A DNA stretch of 62,944 nt, the filler included, from Parasitella parasitica NRRL 2501 (lineage: Eukaryota; Fungi; Mucoromycota), in the NCBI GenBank assembly GCA_025201805.1. It is 11 parts of 11 records of this genome, joined end to end, with 100 filler letters (N's around TTAATTAATTAA, not from the genome) between each part and the next. Parts side by side here need not be neighbours in the genome. Positions count along the whole stretch, not along the records: positions 29,718 to 45,926 come from MU619245.1; positions 46,027 to 60,706 come from MU619474.1; 9 more parts are not named here. One strand, 5' to 3'. The notes beneath the pieces are model-generated. The model searched no databases, was not told the origin of the DNA, and was given only the letters and a program-made list of their open reading frames with translations. Position numbers and translations under genes: made by a program. Shown here one piece after another: positions 38,335-51,740 of the stretch. Each line of letters begins with the position of its first letter. Position 1 is the stretch's first letter.

Positions 38335-39963
38335 ATGGGTCGTAAGTGGGCAACACAAGATAATATAAATGGGGCTTTATGACTGAAACTATAATGCTCT
38401 AGTCCGGGTTCTTTACTTTTTGAAGCCGTTTATGGCTGCACTTCCCGAAATCGAGTCTCCAGTGCGCAAGGTAAGCTAAGTGTAGACAAAAACCGAGTTG
38501 CAAAACTTACAGTTCATAGGTTCCATTTAATGAAAAATTGCTCTACACTGTTATTGCACTTTTTGCCTATTTAGTGATGTCTCAACTTCCTCTTTACGGC
38601 ATCATCTCGAAGGATTCGTCCGATCCTTTTTACTTTTTACGTGATGTTCTTGCTTCTAATCGTGGTACTCTTACAGAATTGGGTGTTCTCCCTATTCTCA
38701 CTTCTGGTATGATTATGCAATTCATGGCTGCTTCCAATATCATTCATGTTGATTACAGCTTGAAGGAAGACCGCGCTTTGTTTTGTGGTGCTCAAAAATG
38801 TAAGTCTTATAGTTCAGGGAGACATACAAACAGATAGAAATAGAGAGGATAAGGATCAGTGATTGATTTCAATGTGATTAGTATTCGCCGTTTTGATTTC
38901 TATCGGTCAAGCTGTTGCTCTTGTTTTCACCGGTCTCTATGGTAACCCTAATGAAATTGGCGCTGTTCGTTGTGGTCTTTTGATCCTTCAAATTGTCTTT
39001 GCCTCCTCAGTCACCATGTTATTAGATGAATTGCTGCAAAAGGGATATGGTCTTGGTTCTGGTATCAACATTTTCGTCGCTGCCAAGGTATGTCAATCCA
39101 TTTTCTGGAAATCCATGTCCTTTGCTACTATTTCTACTATTCGTGGCCCCGAGAAAGAAGGTGCACTTGTTTCGCTTTTCAGTTTGATCATGTCGCGCAA
39201 GGATAAGGCTCGTGCCCTTAAAGATGCTTTTTATCGAGATGATGCAACTAATGTAATGAGCTTCATTGCAACTCTTCTCATGTTTGGTATCGTCATTTAC
39301 GTTCAAGGTTTCCGTGTTGAGCTTCCTGTCAAGTCCAACCGTATGCGAGGTCAGCGTGGTGCGTATCCTATCAAGTTTTTTTATACTTCAAGCATGCCTA
39401 TTATGCTCCAATCTGCATTATTTGCCAACATTTTTTTAATTTCTCAAACTCTTTTCCTTTTCTTTGGCGACAATGTTCTTGTTCGCATTCTCGGCGCTTG
39501 GGAACATCTTGCTGATTCTAATCAACTCGTTGCTGTTGGTGGTATTGCTTACCATCTCTCTGCTCCTCGCAGTTTAACCGAAGCTGTCTTCAGCCCCGTT
39601 CGCACTGTTCTTTATGTCAATATCACAATGATTGTTTGCGCTTACATGTCCAAAATGTGGGTTGAGATCTCTGGCTCTACTTCTCGTGATGTTGCCAAGA
39701 CACTCAAGGACCAACAACTTGCTATTGCTGGTTTCCGTGATGCGTCCATGTACAAGGAATTACAGAGAGTAATCCCTGTTGCCTCTAGCTTTGGTGCTGT
39801 TTCTTTAGCAATCATTGCATCTGGCGCAGATATGCTCGGTGCTATCGGATCGGGCGCCGGTATTTTGATGAGTGTCATGATCATCTTCCAATACTTTGAA
39901 ATGTTTGTTAGAGAACAAATGGAAGGTAATATGACCATGGATGCTATGATGGCTGGGCAATAA
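38335..39963 (+). CDS. SEC61: Sec61 translocon alpha subunit or a paralog (4 exons)
   Basis: [47 protein letters not shown] and [10 protein letters not shown] motifs; short GT-AG introns near 38342, 38471 and 38800. Confidence 0.93.
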
Positions 39964-40304
39964 ATAAGGTTCTCTGTTTGAGGAGAGAGGGGAACTCTTT
40001 TGATTTATATATATATTTACATACGTTCCTCTTCACTCTTATTATTATTATTATTACAATCTATACTCTTTCTAAAAATCACTTAGTCTTTTTCTCTTTT
40101 TAATAACGCATGTATATATCTATACAACAAAATAAAAAATCAACCTATTGAGTTTCGGATATATTGCGATATTGCCTGTTGAAATCAAATGGCGTGTTTT
40201 CTTTTAGTTGCAATGAGTAATAGCAGGTATTTTCTAAATAATCTGATTAATATTAAAGCGGTTGAATGTGTCAATCGTTGACCTGCTTTATTTTTATTAA
40301 AATC

Positions 40305-41038
40305 ATGCGCGTTATTATTTTGTTTTTTGGATTATCAACTATTACTGTCATCGTCAATGGTAAGCAAGAGAAGATCGATGCTATTATAGAGTCTAAACCA
40401 GAGAAAATTGGTAAGTAAATTTCTAGTATAATCGAACGCATGAAACTAATTGACAATTGTACATTCGCATTATAGTATCAGATCAAGAAATTTTATTCCC
40501 TGCTAGTTTATTAGATATCACTCAACTACAATCAGTAGAGACACAAATACCAGAAGCTATCAATCCCACAATTCCTCTCCCTGCTGAGAAAAGCGATCAG
40601 AGTACAGATGGTGACAATGAAGGCGATGACGATGAGGATGGTGATAACCAGGACGATTCACAGGACGACGATGATGACAGCGAAAATGGCTCTGACGATG
40701 AGTTTCTTGATGAAGAAGATTGGGTTGGGGCAGCAGATCAACCAGCATTAAGAAATATCCAGAAGCAAAATCAAACTCTAACAACATCGTGGAGTGTTTC
40801 AGGTTCATCTTCCTATCCAATTGTCATTGATACAGACTTTGTCTTCAACCCAATTACATTGGCGCCTGAGAGCTCCAAAGCCGGTGCTGCTCCAGCCATT
40901 ATAGCAACTGCAAAGCCTGGAGTCAGAAATAAGAAAAAAGTTAAGTCAGCTGTCAGTGCTGTTCCACTAAATACATTGCCTATATGGTCGATGACAGTGT
41001 TGCTGCCATTTATTGCCAGCTTTTTAACCCGGTTTTAA
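40305..41038 (+). CDS. Secreted, possibly GPI-anchored acidic protein (2 exons)
   Basis: Hydrophobic N-terminus MRVIILFFGLSTITVIVNG, intron ~40411-40475, Asp-rich middle, hydrophobic C-terminus. Confidence 0.7.
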
Positions 41039-41277
41039 TACTGATAGAGTAAATGAGCTATGAGACCAAATGAAAGCCACAATATTAAGACCGTTAATAA
41101 AAAATAGCACGAAGAGTAATTGCATACGTACCGACAAAAGAGATGGTTATGTTAATGTTGTAAAAAAATTATATAAAAGAAAAAGAGGAGGAGTTTCTGA
41201 TAGTAATATGCTTTATAGAGTTTCTGAATTTACCGAATATAGCCCTCATCGAGGGTAGGCTTATACTCTTTTCTTGT

Positions 41278-41716
41278 TCAGAAAGACATCAGCAAGTTTG
41301 TTGAAAAATTGGTTTTTGGGTCGAAGGATGGAAATGTCACGCCGAAGACGAGTTGGGCCACACCTGCCAAACCGATCGCAAGTGCACTGAGAGTGTCTTT
41401 ATTGCGAGTGTTGTGGGCAGACTTGACAGAAAGTCTTTTTTGACACAAATGAATGCACCTTTGACTGTCTTGACTTGGGTTTGGTCGTTGTCTCGTACGA
41501 CACGTGAAGGGTGAGAGAGCTTACAAAAGCAGTATGGGCAAGTCTGGGATGTACTATGCTCGTTTGTGTAAAGTTCTGTAGAATACAGGCTATTCTTTTT
41601 GGGCTTCCAGTGACCACCATAACGCAAAAAGCCTTTCGTTAGTGAACCGATACCAAGTCCGCGATCACCTACAAACATAACAAGGCGCTTGAGCCTTTTG
41701 TCTTCTTCGTCGATGC
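41278..41716 (-). pseudogene. Fanzor C-terminal remnant (RuvC-II, zinc finger, RuvC-III region), frameshifted
   Basis: MFVGDRGLGIGS...YTNEHSTSQTCPYC...VKGAFIC, then KDTLSALAIGLAG...FPSFDP in another frame. Confidence 0.8.
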
Positions 41717-42055
41717 TGTTTTAATATACGAAATAGATATACAATTAAAACTGGATATATTTATTCGTATATAAAAAATAAGATGATTCTTCTATCCACA
41801 ACATTTGTCTAGACTATTTATACTTTTCGAGTACTAAGATCGGTTACATGATCGTAGAATCGAGGCTTAATAAACTTGCACCAGATAGAACCAATTATCA
41901 GCCATGTGTTGCTAGTACAAGTAATCGTAAACCAGTTATTACCATAAGGAGCGAGGAAGGAGAGTGGTCTCGAGAAAGAGTATAATAGCCTTTTGGTATA
42001 AAGGATTCCTAATGAGTGTAACCACGGTATAATACTTTTGCATAATTGTGGGAAT

Positions 42056-42791
42056 TGTTGTGCCAGGTCTTGAAAATGAGCACAGCAGGTGATTGTATGT
42101 GATATAAAAATATAAGAATGTAATAAAGACTTAGTTTACCAGATACAAAACTATTGATTTATTGATTGACAAGAAGCTGTCTATTTATATTAGAATAAAT
42201 CTGATGTATCAATTCTAAAACCGGATGTCAATATAATATAAACTCATACTGAAGAGTAAAACATCAGATCATAAAATAATATGACATGACATTTGGGATA
42301 GATACAATCTACCCTATCTCCCGGATCTCATCACTAAAACTTTTATCCTCACATCGCTTCCCTCAGTTCATAGAAAGTATATAAACCCTCTATTTTTGAA
42401 TGTAATAAACGGATCTTCACCTGATTAATTTCTACTTAAACTTTTCTGATAAATCAAAATCTATCTAAATCAATCTATAAAATACAGTCAGGTCATGTTT
42501 GACATTTAATTGTCAAACAAGATTATAACACAGTAGTAGTCAGAGCAAGACCTATTTCTATATTTAATCAGCTAATCGTTATGAATGTGAATCATTCATC
42601 GATAAGTTGAGCTTCGCAATTTAGAATAAGTAGAACCCAAATAGATGGTTTCTTATACAAGACATTCTATTGAATACTTCTATTTACTAGATAGAATAAT
42701 TGATGCCATTTAACCTTAGATCCGATCAGGAACGGTTGCCATGACAACTGGGTTGAAATAGTGGTAACCATGGTATTCTATGGATACAACA
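42056..42791. mobile_element. Solo LTR with nested family A solo LTR (42202-42456)
   Basis: Outer TGTTG...CAACA with TSD GGAAT; inner TSD AAATC. Confidence 0.88.
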
Positions 42792-42967
42792 GGAATACCC
42801 AAGTTGGATCTCAGGCACAACACCTCGCTTAGCCTTTACATCCTAAACATGTCCAATGATGTGATGTGATACGCTTGTGTAAATTGGAGAATAAAGTCTC
42901 TGTTTCAAATCAAGAAGGTTATTCCTGTAAGTAACACAGATCTGAGCATCAGGATAAAGATTAAGAC

Positions 42968-43696
42968 TGTTTAGGATACAGATCAAATCTTAGCGGTAAT
43001 GTATTATACTCTGTATAATACATCATAAAGCGAGCATGAGTAGAAATGCGTAGTAGAATGGAATGACTTTATTTAGACATGGCAAAGAGACATAAGTGGT
43101 AACATTGAATGGCGAATCTTTATCCCAGTACAAAGTGGTGATATCCTATGACATTTGGTTCCTGAGGTCGGTGTTTAATCCTGATGAATGTTCTTCCATC
43201 AAAGCTACCAGGAACAACATTCTATCCTTTATACGTATCTATGCTCTTGTCTTACTGGTAACTCGGAAACTCTTATCCACCAAGCTCCTAGGGATTGGTT
43301 CAAGGTGTACCCAATTATCCCTCATCCTAGATCATGGTCCTATTGCTGCGGCACTGTCAAATAATTATAAATACCTTCAAAACATACACTAGTTTAAATC
43401 TTCATTCAATCTTGGAATAGCAAAATAAATATATTCAGTTCTAATTGTTATGTCAAAAGTCTGATAAAATAAATCTGCCAAAGAATTACACCTTTATTCA
43501 TAATACATCTCTCGATGTATTATATACACATTCATTACACTAGGGTTCTACTGTCTAGCTGCATAATGTAAATCATGACTACCCATGATTTACTGTAAGA
43601 CCCTGGGACTGATCTGAGATCCTGATGTGAGACTTTGCCATGTTATTGATATAACACTAATTGTATTTTTCTGGCTATATTTTGTTATTCTAAACA
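42968..43696. mobile_element. Solo LTR family H inside a family E LTR, containing a family D solo LTR (43446-43656)
   Basis: TGTTTAG...CTAAACA with TSD AAGAC; inner TGTTAT...ATAACA with TSD CTAAT. Confidence 0.9.
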
Positions 43697-43929
43697 AAGA
43701 CACTGTCAGATCAAAGACGTGTAGCCCTTGCTGTATAACCTCATATCGTACCCTGTCAAGTAGATTGTCACTGCAAATTAGCCTTGTCAATTAATAATCT
43801 AAATAAGTCACCATAAATTTATGTAGCTGTAAAAAGTATAAATAGCAAATGCAATTTCGATCTTAAATAAAGTATCTTTAAGTTTTCGTATCTCCTTAAC
43901 ATTTGGTTATTATCTTTTTTGATTCAGCA

Positions 43930-45785
43930 TATGCGCTTAAACAGGCCTGGAGACCGCTCTCCCTTCTCTCGCCAAAGTCTTCCAGCTTTGAGAATCTCAA
44001 TCTGGGCATACTCTCTTCCTGCAATTGGTGGAGTAGCGTGGAAAAAATGGCAGTGTTCTTGTAGTCTCGCAGTATCCGATTGCGCTTGGATAGTAGTTTC
44101 TTGATTGTCTTGTGAAGCCAGGAGGTGCGGCCCAGTTGGAAGTGTTTGGTGAAGAGAGCGACCTCTTGCTTCAATTCATCCCAAAAGAGGTACGCAGTAT
44201 AATCCGGCGAATCAGCAGTAAGATCAAGTGGTCTGTGCATGTCAAACAAATGTTGAATGCGATCATTCAGTCCCTGGCGAAAAGTTGGTACCTTTGCTAA
44301 AAAGGGTTGGCCTTCCAGTTGCCTGGTCCGCGCCCGTTGCCTTGAATGTTGACAGTGACAGAGAGTAGCGAGTGGTCAGTCCAAGCATAAGGGACAGGTT
44401 CCAAGTTGGTGAAGCATACTTGAGAGTGGTAGTAGTCGGAACAGTAGATGTAGTCCAACCACTTACGGACTCCTTGAGTGCTCAGGAAAGTGGGTAGTGG
44501 GCTTTCCTTGAGGAAATCGACAAAGTAGCCTTGTAGTAACCAGAGCCATGCGTTATAGTGGCTGGGCAGGTTGTCTGAGATGTTGTAATTGAAGTCGCCA
44601 AGAATAAAGACAGGGACTTCTGGTTGTTGTAAAGTGTTTCGAATGGCACTGTTCGCAGCAAGTTCAGCAAAGAGTGGGCATCGCAATTTGGGTGCTGCCG
44701 GAGCATAGATACCAAGTATATGGGCAATGGGTGAGGACGCATTGGCAGTAGATTTGATGCTAGTAAGAATGTATCGGCCATCCGGACCAGTAAGGGTAGG
44801 AGGCGAAATGATGACAAACTCAGCAGGGTTGACGGAAACGATGCCACAGTAATGCGTCCAAGTAGACGATTTGGCTTGGAACATCGTGTTCAGGCGGTCC
44901 TGTTGTCGCTCATTGACCAAGTTGGTTTCCTGGACAACAAAGATGTCGTTATCTGTGTGACGGAGGTAACGGAGGAAGGGTGAGATAGCAGATGGGTTGT
45001 GAAGTTTCACCAGGCTGCGAGAGTTCAGCGTGGCGAGGTGGAGAGTGGTGTTGTCACCCTTCTCTATAATCGAGGGGCGGTGGTAGCCTTGCGACTCGCG
45101 CTAGAGCTATCAGCAGAGCTGTCTCTGCCAGCCTGCTCTCGCTGGTAGAGAACCAACTCCATGGATGAGGGTTTCAACTGTTTGGCATCCGGTGGTGAGT
45201 TGCTCTCGTTGGCGGCATCGCTATCAGATCGGCCGCGTTTGGGCTTACCAATGCTGGTATCTTGCATAGGCAAAGCTGTATCAAAGATGGGCCCAGTGAA
45301 GGTTGCCTTTTGCTTCCCCTTGTCATTAGCAGTAGGGCGGGAAGGTTGCGAGGCTGGGACGCCGTTTTTCTGGTATACGAATGGTGCAGGAGAGGATGAG
45401 GTGCCAGTGGTATTGCTAATAGAAGATGCAGGTTTAGTGGGAGAATTCTCCTTGATAGTGCTCGAAGAAGCGGGCTTCTTGGACGATTTACGAGGTTTCA
45501 TCTCGGCGACAGTAACCACCTTGCTGTGTATGTTGCTCGGGAAATTGTTGCGGGAGCACTGCTTGCTGAGGTGACCATGCTCATTGCAAGTGTGGCAGAT
45601 CATCAGGTTACGGAGTTTCGCACAGTCAGCTTTACAGTGGTCAAGGCTACTTTGACAATAGCGACAATATTGAGGCATATCGTCCCATTTGAGCAGCAGC
45701 TTTCTGTCTTCCTCTGCCCAAGGAAGTTCACGAGAAAGCTTCTCCGTAATAGGTTGAGGACTGTTGAGATCTGCAAGATCGAAAT
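43930..45785 (-). mobile_element. L1-clade LINE fragment: ORF1 knuckles plus APE endonuclease, RT missing
   Basis: CRYCQSSLDHCKADC and CHTCNEHGHLSKQC; DIFVVQET, GIYAP, ILGDFN, LDYIY, WTDH and GPGNWKANP. Confidence 0.92.
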
Positions 45786-46026
45786 AAGAAAAGTATAATA
45801 TAAAACGTTGAATTAACGAGATAAGAAAACTTGAGATTACTTTATTAAAGATTCAACTTTGCATCTGCTATTTATACTTTTTACAACAACATAAATTTTT
45901 GGTGACTTATTTAAAATACTAGTCGANNNNNNNNNNNNNNNNNNNNNNNNNNNNNNNNNNNNNNNNNNNNTTAATTAATTAANNNNNNNNNNNNNNNNNN
46001 NNNNNNNNNNNNNNNNNNNNNNNNNN

Positions 46027-47312
46027 ACATCTTCCATTGGCTCATCCAGAGCCAACCCAGAAGAAACATCGTCCTCCCCAGACGAAAAGACATCACCTGC
46101 AAAAGCAGACGAAGCACCACTACGAGACCCAGCAGCAGCAGAAAGAACAGCAAGATTGACAGCAGTGTCAACAGAAGGAGAAGACAACACGCGCAACACC
46201 TTCGACGTCTCCTTGGACTTGATGCCAGTGTTACAAACATGCTGGCGAGACCAATTATTGGAGTTGCACTTCCAGCAACGTTTACCAGTGGGCCTGCCAC
46301 CTACACCAACAGAGGAACCACCAAAACCACCAGCACCTCCAGCACCACCAGGAGCCCACTTTGACTTCTTGCTGTCCTTGCCAGAACCCTCACCATGAAA
46401 ATGCTCCTCATTCTCTGCCAAGCCACGCTTACGGTTTTTTAAGCCGTTAGGTACCAAAGTGCCGTTCTTGGTATCCACAGAATGTGCGATACGGCGCAAG
46501 ACGTTGACCATGTACTCAGGGTCGTAGAACTTCTTCTCGGACACCTGAGACATCGCCACAGAAACAACATCACGAAAGGAAACAGGGAAAGCATCAAACA
46601 GCACCGTACAGATCACATACGGGTCAGTGATCTCGGCCTTGACCTTCAGCTTCTTGAATCGCTCCAAGAACGAATCCACATCCTCGTCATTTCGAATAGT
46701 GCAATTCAGAAAAGCACGAATCCTCGGCAAGCGAAGCTGTTCCTTGGGGACGCCATAACGTAACATCATAGCAGCCTTGATAACCTCCCAGGTTAGCGTT
46801 TCACCCAACGTAACCCTCTGATATTCGATGAGCCATTCACGGAGATCTGCACCAAGACAGCGGGAAAGCAGACGAGACCAATGGACATCAAAGTCCAAAC
46901 CATGACTCTGAAGAACATCTTCAAAGCGCAACAAACAAGCATCCAAATCAGCAAAAACAGTTTGCTTGATGTCAGAAATGACACCCTCCCACTGGAAATA
47001 GGGTAACCCACTTGGAACCAGATACATGTTGTTGGTAGCAGAAGCAGAACCAACAGAAGAAGGCAACACAACAGACGAAGGAGAAACGGTGAGTCCGGCG
47101 AGCTCTCGCAACTCCAAGTACCTAGCCTTTTTGACTTGCAACTCGGCCACCCAGGGATCAACCTCAGAAGCAGGCCTGCTTCCAGCAGTAGCGACCTTGA
47201 TACCCAATTCCTTGAGCTCAAAATTCAGAGCTGCAAGAGCTTCTTCAAAGCCCAAAGAAGCACGAGAGGCAACACCAAGAGGAGAAGAAGGAACAGAACC
47301 AGTAGTAGACAT
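46027..47312 (-). mobile_element. Ty3/gypsy-like gag ORF (3' end in gap)
   Basis: Long open frame with a capsid-like region (TWEVIKAAMMLRY, EDVDSFLERFKKL) and CWKC...QHVC. Confidence 0.75.
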
Positions 47313-49202
47313 TTGTTAAAAAATTTGATAATAGTAAATAAAAAAATAAAGTATAGAATCCGAATTAGANNNNNNNNNNNNNNNNNNNNNNNNNNNNNNN
47401 NNNNNNNNNNNNNNNNNNNNNNNNNNNNNNNNNNNNNNNNNNNNNNNNNNNNNNNNNNNNNNNNNNNNNNNNNNNNNNNNNNNNNNNNNNNNNNNNNNNN
47501 NNNNNNNNNNNNNNNNNNNNNNNNNNNNNNNNNNNNNNNNNNNNNNNNNNNNNNNNNNNNNNNNNNNNNNNNNNNNNNNNNNNNNNNNNNNNNNNNNNNN
47601 NNNNNNNNNNNNNNNNNNNNNNNNNNNNNNNNNNNNNNNNNNNNNNNNNNNNNNNNNNNNNNNNNNNNNNNNNNNNNNNNNNNNNNNNNNNNNNNNNNNN
47701 NNNNNNNNNNNNNNNNNNNNNNNNNNNNNNNNNNNNNNNNNNNNNNNNNNNNNNNNNNNNNNNNNNNNNNNNNNNNNNNNNNNNNNNNNNNNNNNNNNNN
47801 NNNNNNNNNNNNNNNNNNNNNNNNNNNNNNNNNNNNNNNNNNNNNNNNNNNNNNNNNNNNNNNNNNNNAGTATACTTTTATAATAAAGAACCCCAAACTT
47901 GATTATAATTGTAATTTCATATCGCTTTTATTTTTATTTTTTTTTTATTTCGTAAATCTTTCAAATTTACTGCACTCCGCTAAAAACATCTGGAAAAATA
48001 TTTTTTGGACATATCTATCTAAGAACTAATGCACCTAATAGAGAATCACGTTTTAAAAAGATTTTAATAATCACTCAAGCCAAAGTGCCATAGTAGCTTT
48101 TTGAGAAACAAGCGGACAAAGTTTAACGTAAAAAGACAAAGTTGGCCCAAGCTTGTCAAATGCGAGCTTGTGAATACAACATGTTTATCACCATGTGAAA
48201 TTACTAGTAAAAAATATGTAAAAAAATACTTTTTAAAACTGTTATTTATTTTTTAGATGAAGCTCATCAAAATGTCAATTAAAAACTATCTTTTTATACT
48301 AGTTTTCCAAGGGTAAATGATTATGGATATGAAGCTAAATTATATTGGATTATTCATCCAGTACGTTTTGGTAGCGAGGATTGATAAAGAGATAACCAAT
48401 GGCGGATTTGACGAGTGTTGGAGTTGTTTCTATTTGTTCTTGATATTGGATTACGTGTTCTTAAATCCATGCTAGCCTGGTCTTGACGATTGTAATCTTT
48501 GTGGAATATTCTGGGTAATTTGAAGTTCATATTGATACTATTTACGGAGATTCTTTTTATGTGATGATCAGTTTATACTGATCTATAACACACCAATAGG
48601 TGTGTCAGAACGTGCTTTATTACTTTAATTGGGAACCTGAACATAATTAAATTGCACAATTTTGTACTTCTTATAGGACCATATGCTGTAAAATTTCGAA
48701 AATCTGCAAAATCTGGTTTTGGGAATTTCTCGACAGCAAAGATAGATATCGAGAATCGGAAGACGTAGTGAGGTACAGTTATCACAGCAGTACTTAGATG
48801 TATACTTGGCTTGGGCCCCAAATCCGTACCTAAAAATGACCCTGAAGGTTGACCCAAAGTTGAAAACTGAAAATCGAATATGAGGTTTGGGGTCCAAACA
48901 TAGTAAAATCTGAAAAATGGTCAAAGGTGCATGAAACTCTGATGGGTTGTAGAATGGTGCAAAAAAAAAAAGATTTTGGCTCAAGTTTTTTGTGTCTCTA
49001 TCACTTAATAGTTTGTAAAGATATTAGAGGTTACATTATAGGTCTTTAAGCGGGGGGATAGATGCTATTTACGATAAAGTGTCGTTATTTTACCAAAAAA
49101 ATGAAGGTTCGTGAAAATAGCTTTTACAGTCATATTTTACAACATTTTGGCTTTTAATCAATATCAAGACATAGCCAGATTGCTTATAGAGTTCATGTTT
49201 TG

Positions 49203-49658
49203 TGTTGTGCCAGTGTCAAAGGGCGCAGCGTAATGTTATGTAAATAAGATTTGTATAAAGTAATAAAGACTTTCTGAATAAAACCAGATACAAAACTGAA
49301 GACTTTTATTGACATAAGATATGATCTCTATTTATACTAAAATATATCTTATCAATGTTTATCCACATAACATCTGATGTTTGACAAGAAGTGCCAAACC
49401 TTATTAAATCACAGCATTTCCAGGACAGACCTATCTTTCTATTTTACATTAAAGAGAAGATTGGGTAGGATGTCTTCCCGACATCCCGCGATCTGATCTA
49501 GATGTATTCTTTGAATAAGCCTGAAACCTTGCAAGAGGTCCAATTACAACTTGTAGCTTATTCCTTATTTGTAAAGGAATTACCAACAATTAATATCATG
49601 ATCCGTGCGTTATGACTAAGTTAGATATGACATATGTAGCCTTTATATGGATACAACA
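49203..49658. mobile_element. Solo LTR family B (456 bp) inserted in a G2 repeat
   Basis: TGTTG...CAACA, TSD TTTTG; copies at 51897-52348 and 56790-57247. Confidence 0.9.
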
Positions 49659-50227
49659 TTTTGCTCCTCAATTGAAATAAGTGCTTCACTGCTAAAGGCC
49701 TATATTTGCAGTAGTGGTAAATTCAAGCTCAGAAATATGTTGCCATTGCAACTTGCGCACATCCTAAATTTTCATTGCATGGTGTCTCAAGAAATTAATT
49801 GTTGGATCAAAAATAGATAATCAAAACCAAAGGTTAACGAGATACGAAAACTTAAAGATACTTTATTTAAGATCGAAGTTGCATTTGCTATTTGTACTTT
49901 TTACAGCTACATAATAAATTTATGGTAACTTATTTAGATTACTAATTGACAAGACTAATTCACAGTGACATTCTACTTGACAGGGTACAATATGAGGTTA
50001 TACAGCAAGGGCTACACGTCTTTGATCTGACAGAGCCTTAACCTTTATCCTGGTGCTCAGATCTGTGTTACTTACAGGAATANNNNNNNNNNCGAGATCT
50101 TTACCTGATTAATTCACAACCGTTTTATTTGAATATTTTCTCATTCTGATAGGTCAATCCCTGTTGCAAGCGTAGAGAAATTCCTTCAGAGCATGAGTAT
50201 CCTGAATGTTGGTGATTTCGATCAAGG

Positions 50228-50437
50228 TGTTATGTCAAAAGTCTGATAAAATAAATCTGCCAAAGAATTACACCTTTATTCATAATACATCTCTCGATGT
50301 ATTATATACACATTCATTACATTAGGGTTCTAATGTCTAGCTGCATAATGTAAATCATGACTACCCATGATTTACTGTAAGCCCTGGGACTGATCTGAGA
50401 TCCTGATGTGAGACCTTGCCATGTTATTGATATAACA
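50228..50437. mobile_element. Solo LTR family D (210 bp)
   Basis: TSD CAAGG; nearly identical to 43446-43656. Confidence 0.9.
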
Positions 50438-50739
50438 CAAGGTACTGTTGAACTCCTGGCCAACAATGTACGGAGCAATCACATCTGCGAAAAGGTCGTC
50501 GTTTTGATTGGCATACTTCGAGTCCTTGGTAGAGGATCGTGTAGCTAAACCTTTTTTCGGTTTGCTGTCGGGATGGTGCTTTGCGAGCTAACCTCTGAAT
50601 GAGTGCTATGGTGGCAAGAAAAGATGGTTTCCGATGCCACATGAGACCATGAGTGGTGGGGTCGAGATGCTTGGTACCTGAGGCTTTTTGGTTTTTGCCT
50701 AAGGTAGGGGTCTGTTTGGTTCTGTAAGAAGACATTTGA

Positions 50740-51740
50740 TGCAATGCTTTCGTTCAGTGGAGCATAATTTATTATTAATGAATTTTCTTTTCCGCAACTC
50801 GTATTGTCTCTTCTTTTTTGCAACATGAGCAGAGTTTTAAAAGTTTCGGGCCTCCTCAGCACGACTAAACTGTTTGTTCTCCCAGACAAGTAATTCATCC
50901 ATTGTGTTGACGTCGGATATAGGCTTACACTGCTTAAGTCGGCTTCAATATCAAACATTATTCGATTACTGTTTTATTTCAATTTTCTTGTATGAGCCTC
51001 TAGGGCACGAGCTCCACTCCCGTTGTTGGATTAAAAAAGATAATAAAACCCCAAATGTTAACGAGATACGAAAACTTAAAGATACTTTATTTAAGATCAA
51101 AATTGCATCTGCTATCTATACTTTTTACAGCTACTGTACATAAATAATTTATGATGACTTATTTAGATTACTAATTGACAAGGCTAATTCGCAGTGACAA
51201 TCTACTTGACTGGGTACGATATGAGGTTATACAGCAAGGGCTACACGTCTTTGATCTGACAGTTTCTTAACCTTTATCCTGGTGCTCAGATCTGTGTTAC
51301 TTACAGGAATAACTTCCTTGATTTGAAACAGAGACTTTATTCTCCAATTTACACAAGCGTATCACATCACATCATTGGACAATCTTCAATCTTCAATTGA
51401 AGTACATTGCCATGATCTCCTATCTATAATTATGGCAGATCATGTTTGTTGCCTATACAAATTCAAGTCATACAAAAACCTATCCTTGGTAAATCTCACT
51501 GTTTCTGTCATCGTTACGAGGCCATTCTCTGTGCCTGAAAATCGAAGATTTCCTGAATTGAGGAGGTTATCATCAAGCTTGAAAGATGTAACATTGCCGA
51601 GACACTTCAAATTCGTCTGGTTGATAATATACTCTTCTTGGTCTTGATCCTTTGTAGCAGAGTCAAAGTATTCTTGATACATTTGTTGTCTAAAATTTGC
51701 AAGCCTCTCCTTACAAAACCCAACAATCTTTGATTGACTT
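50740..51740 (-). pseudogene. Fanzor central remnant (RuvC-I region) split by LTR E
   Basis: LRFSGTENGLVTMTETV (RuvC-I-like, Asp position is Glu); beyond the LTR, ARNF*NSAHVAKKKRQYELRKRKF...LCSTER. Confidence 0.55.
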
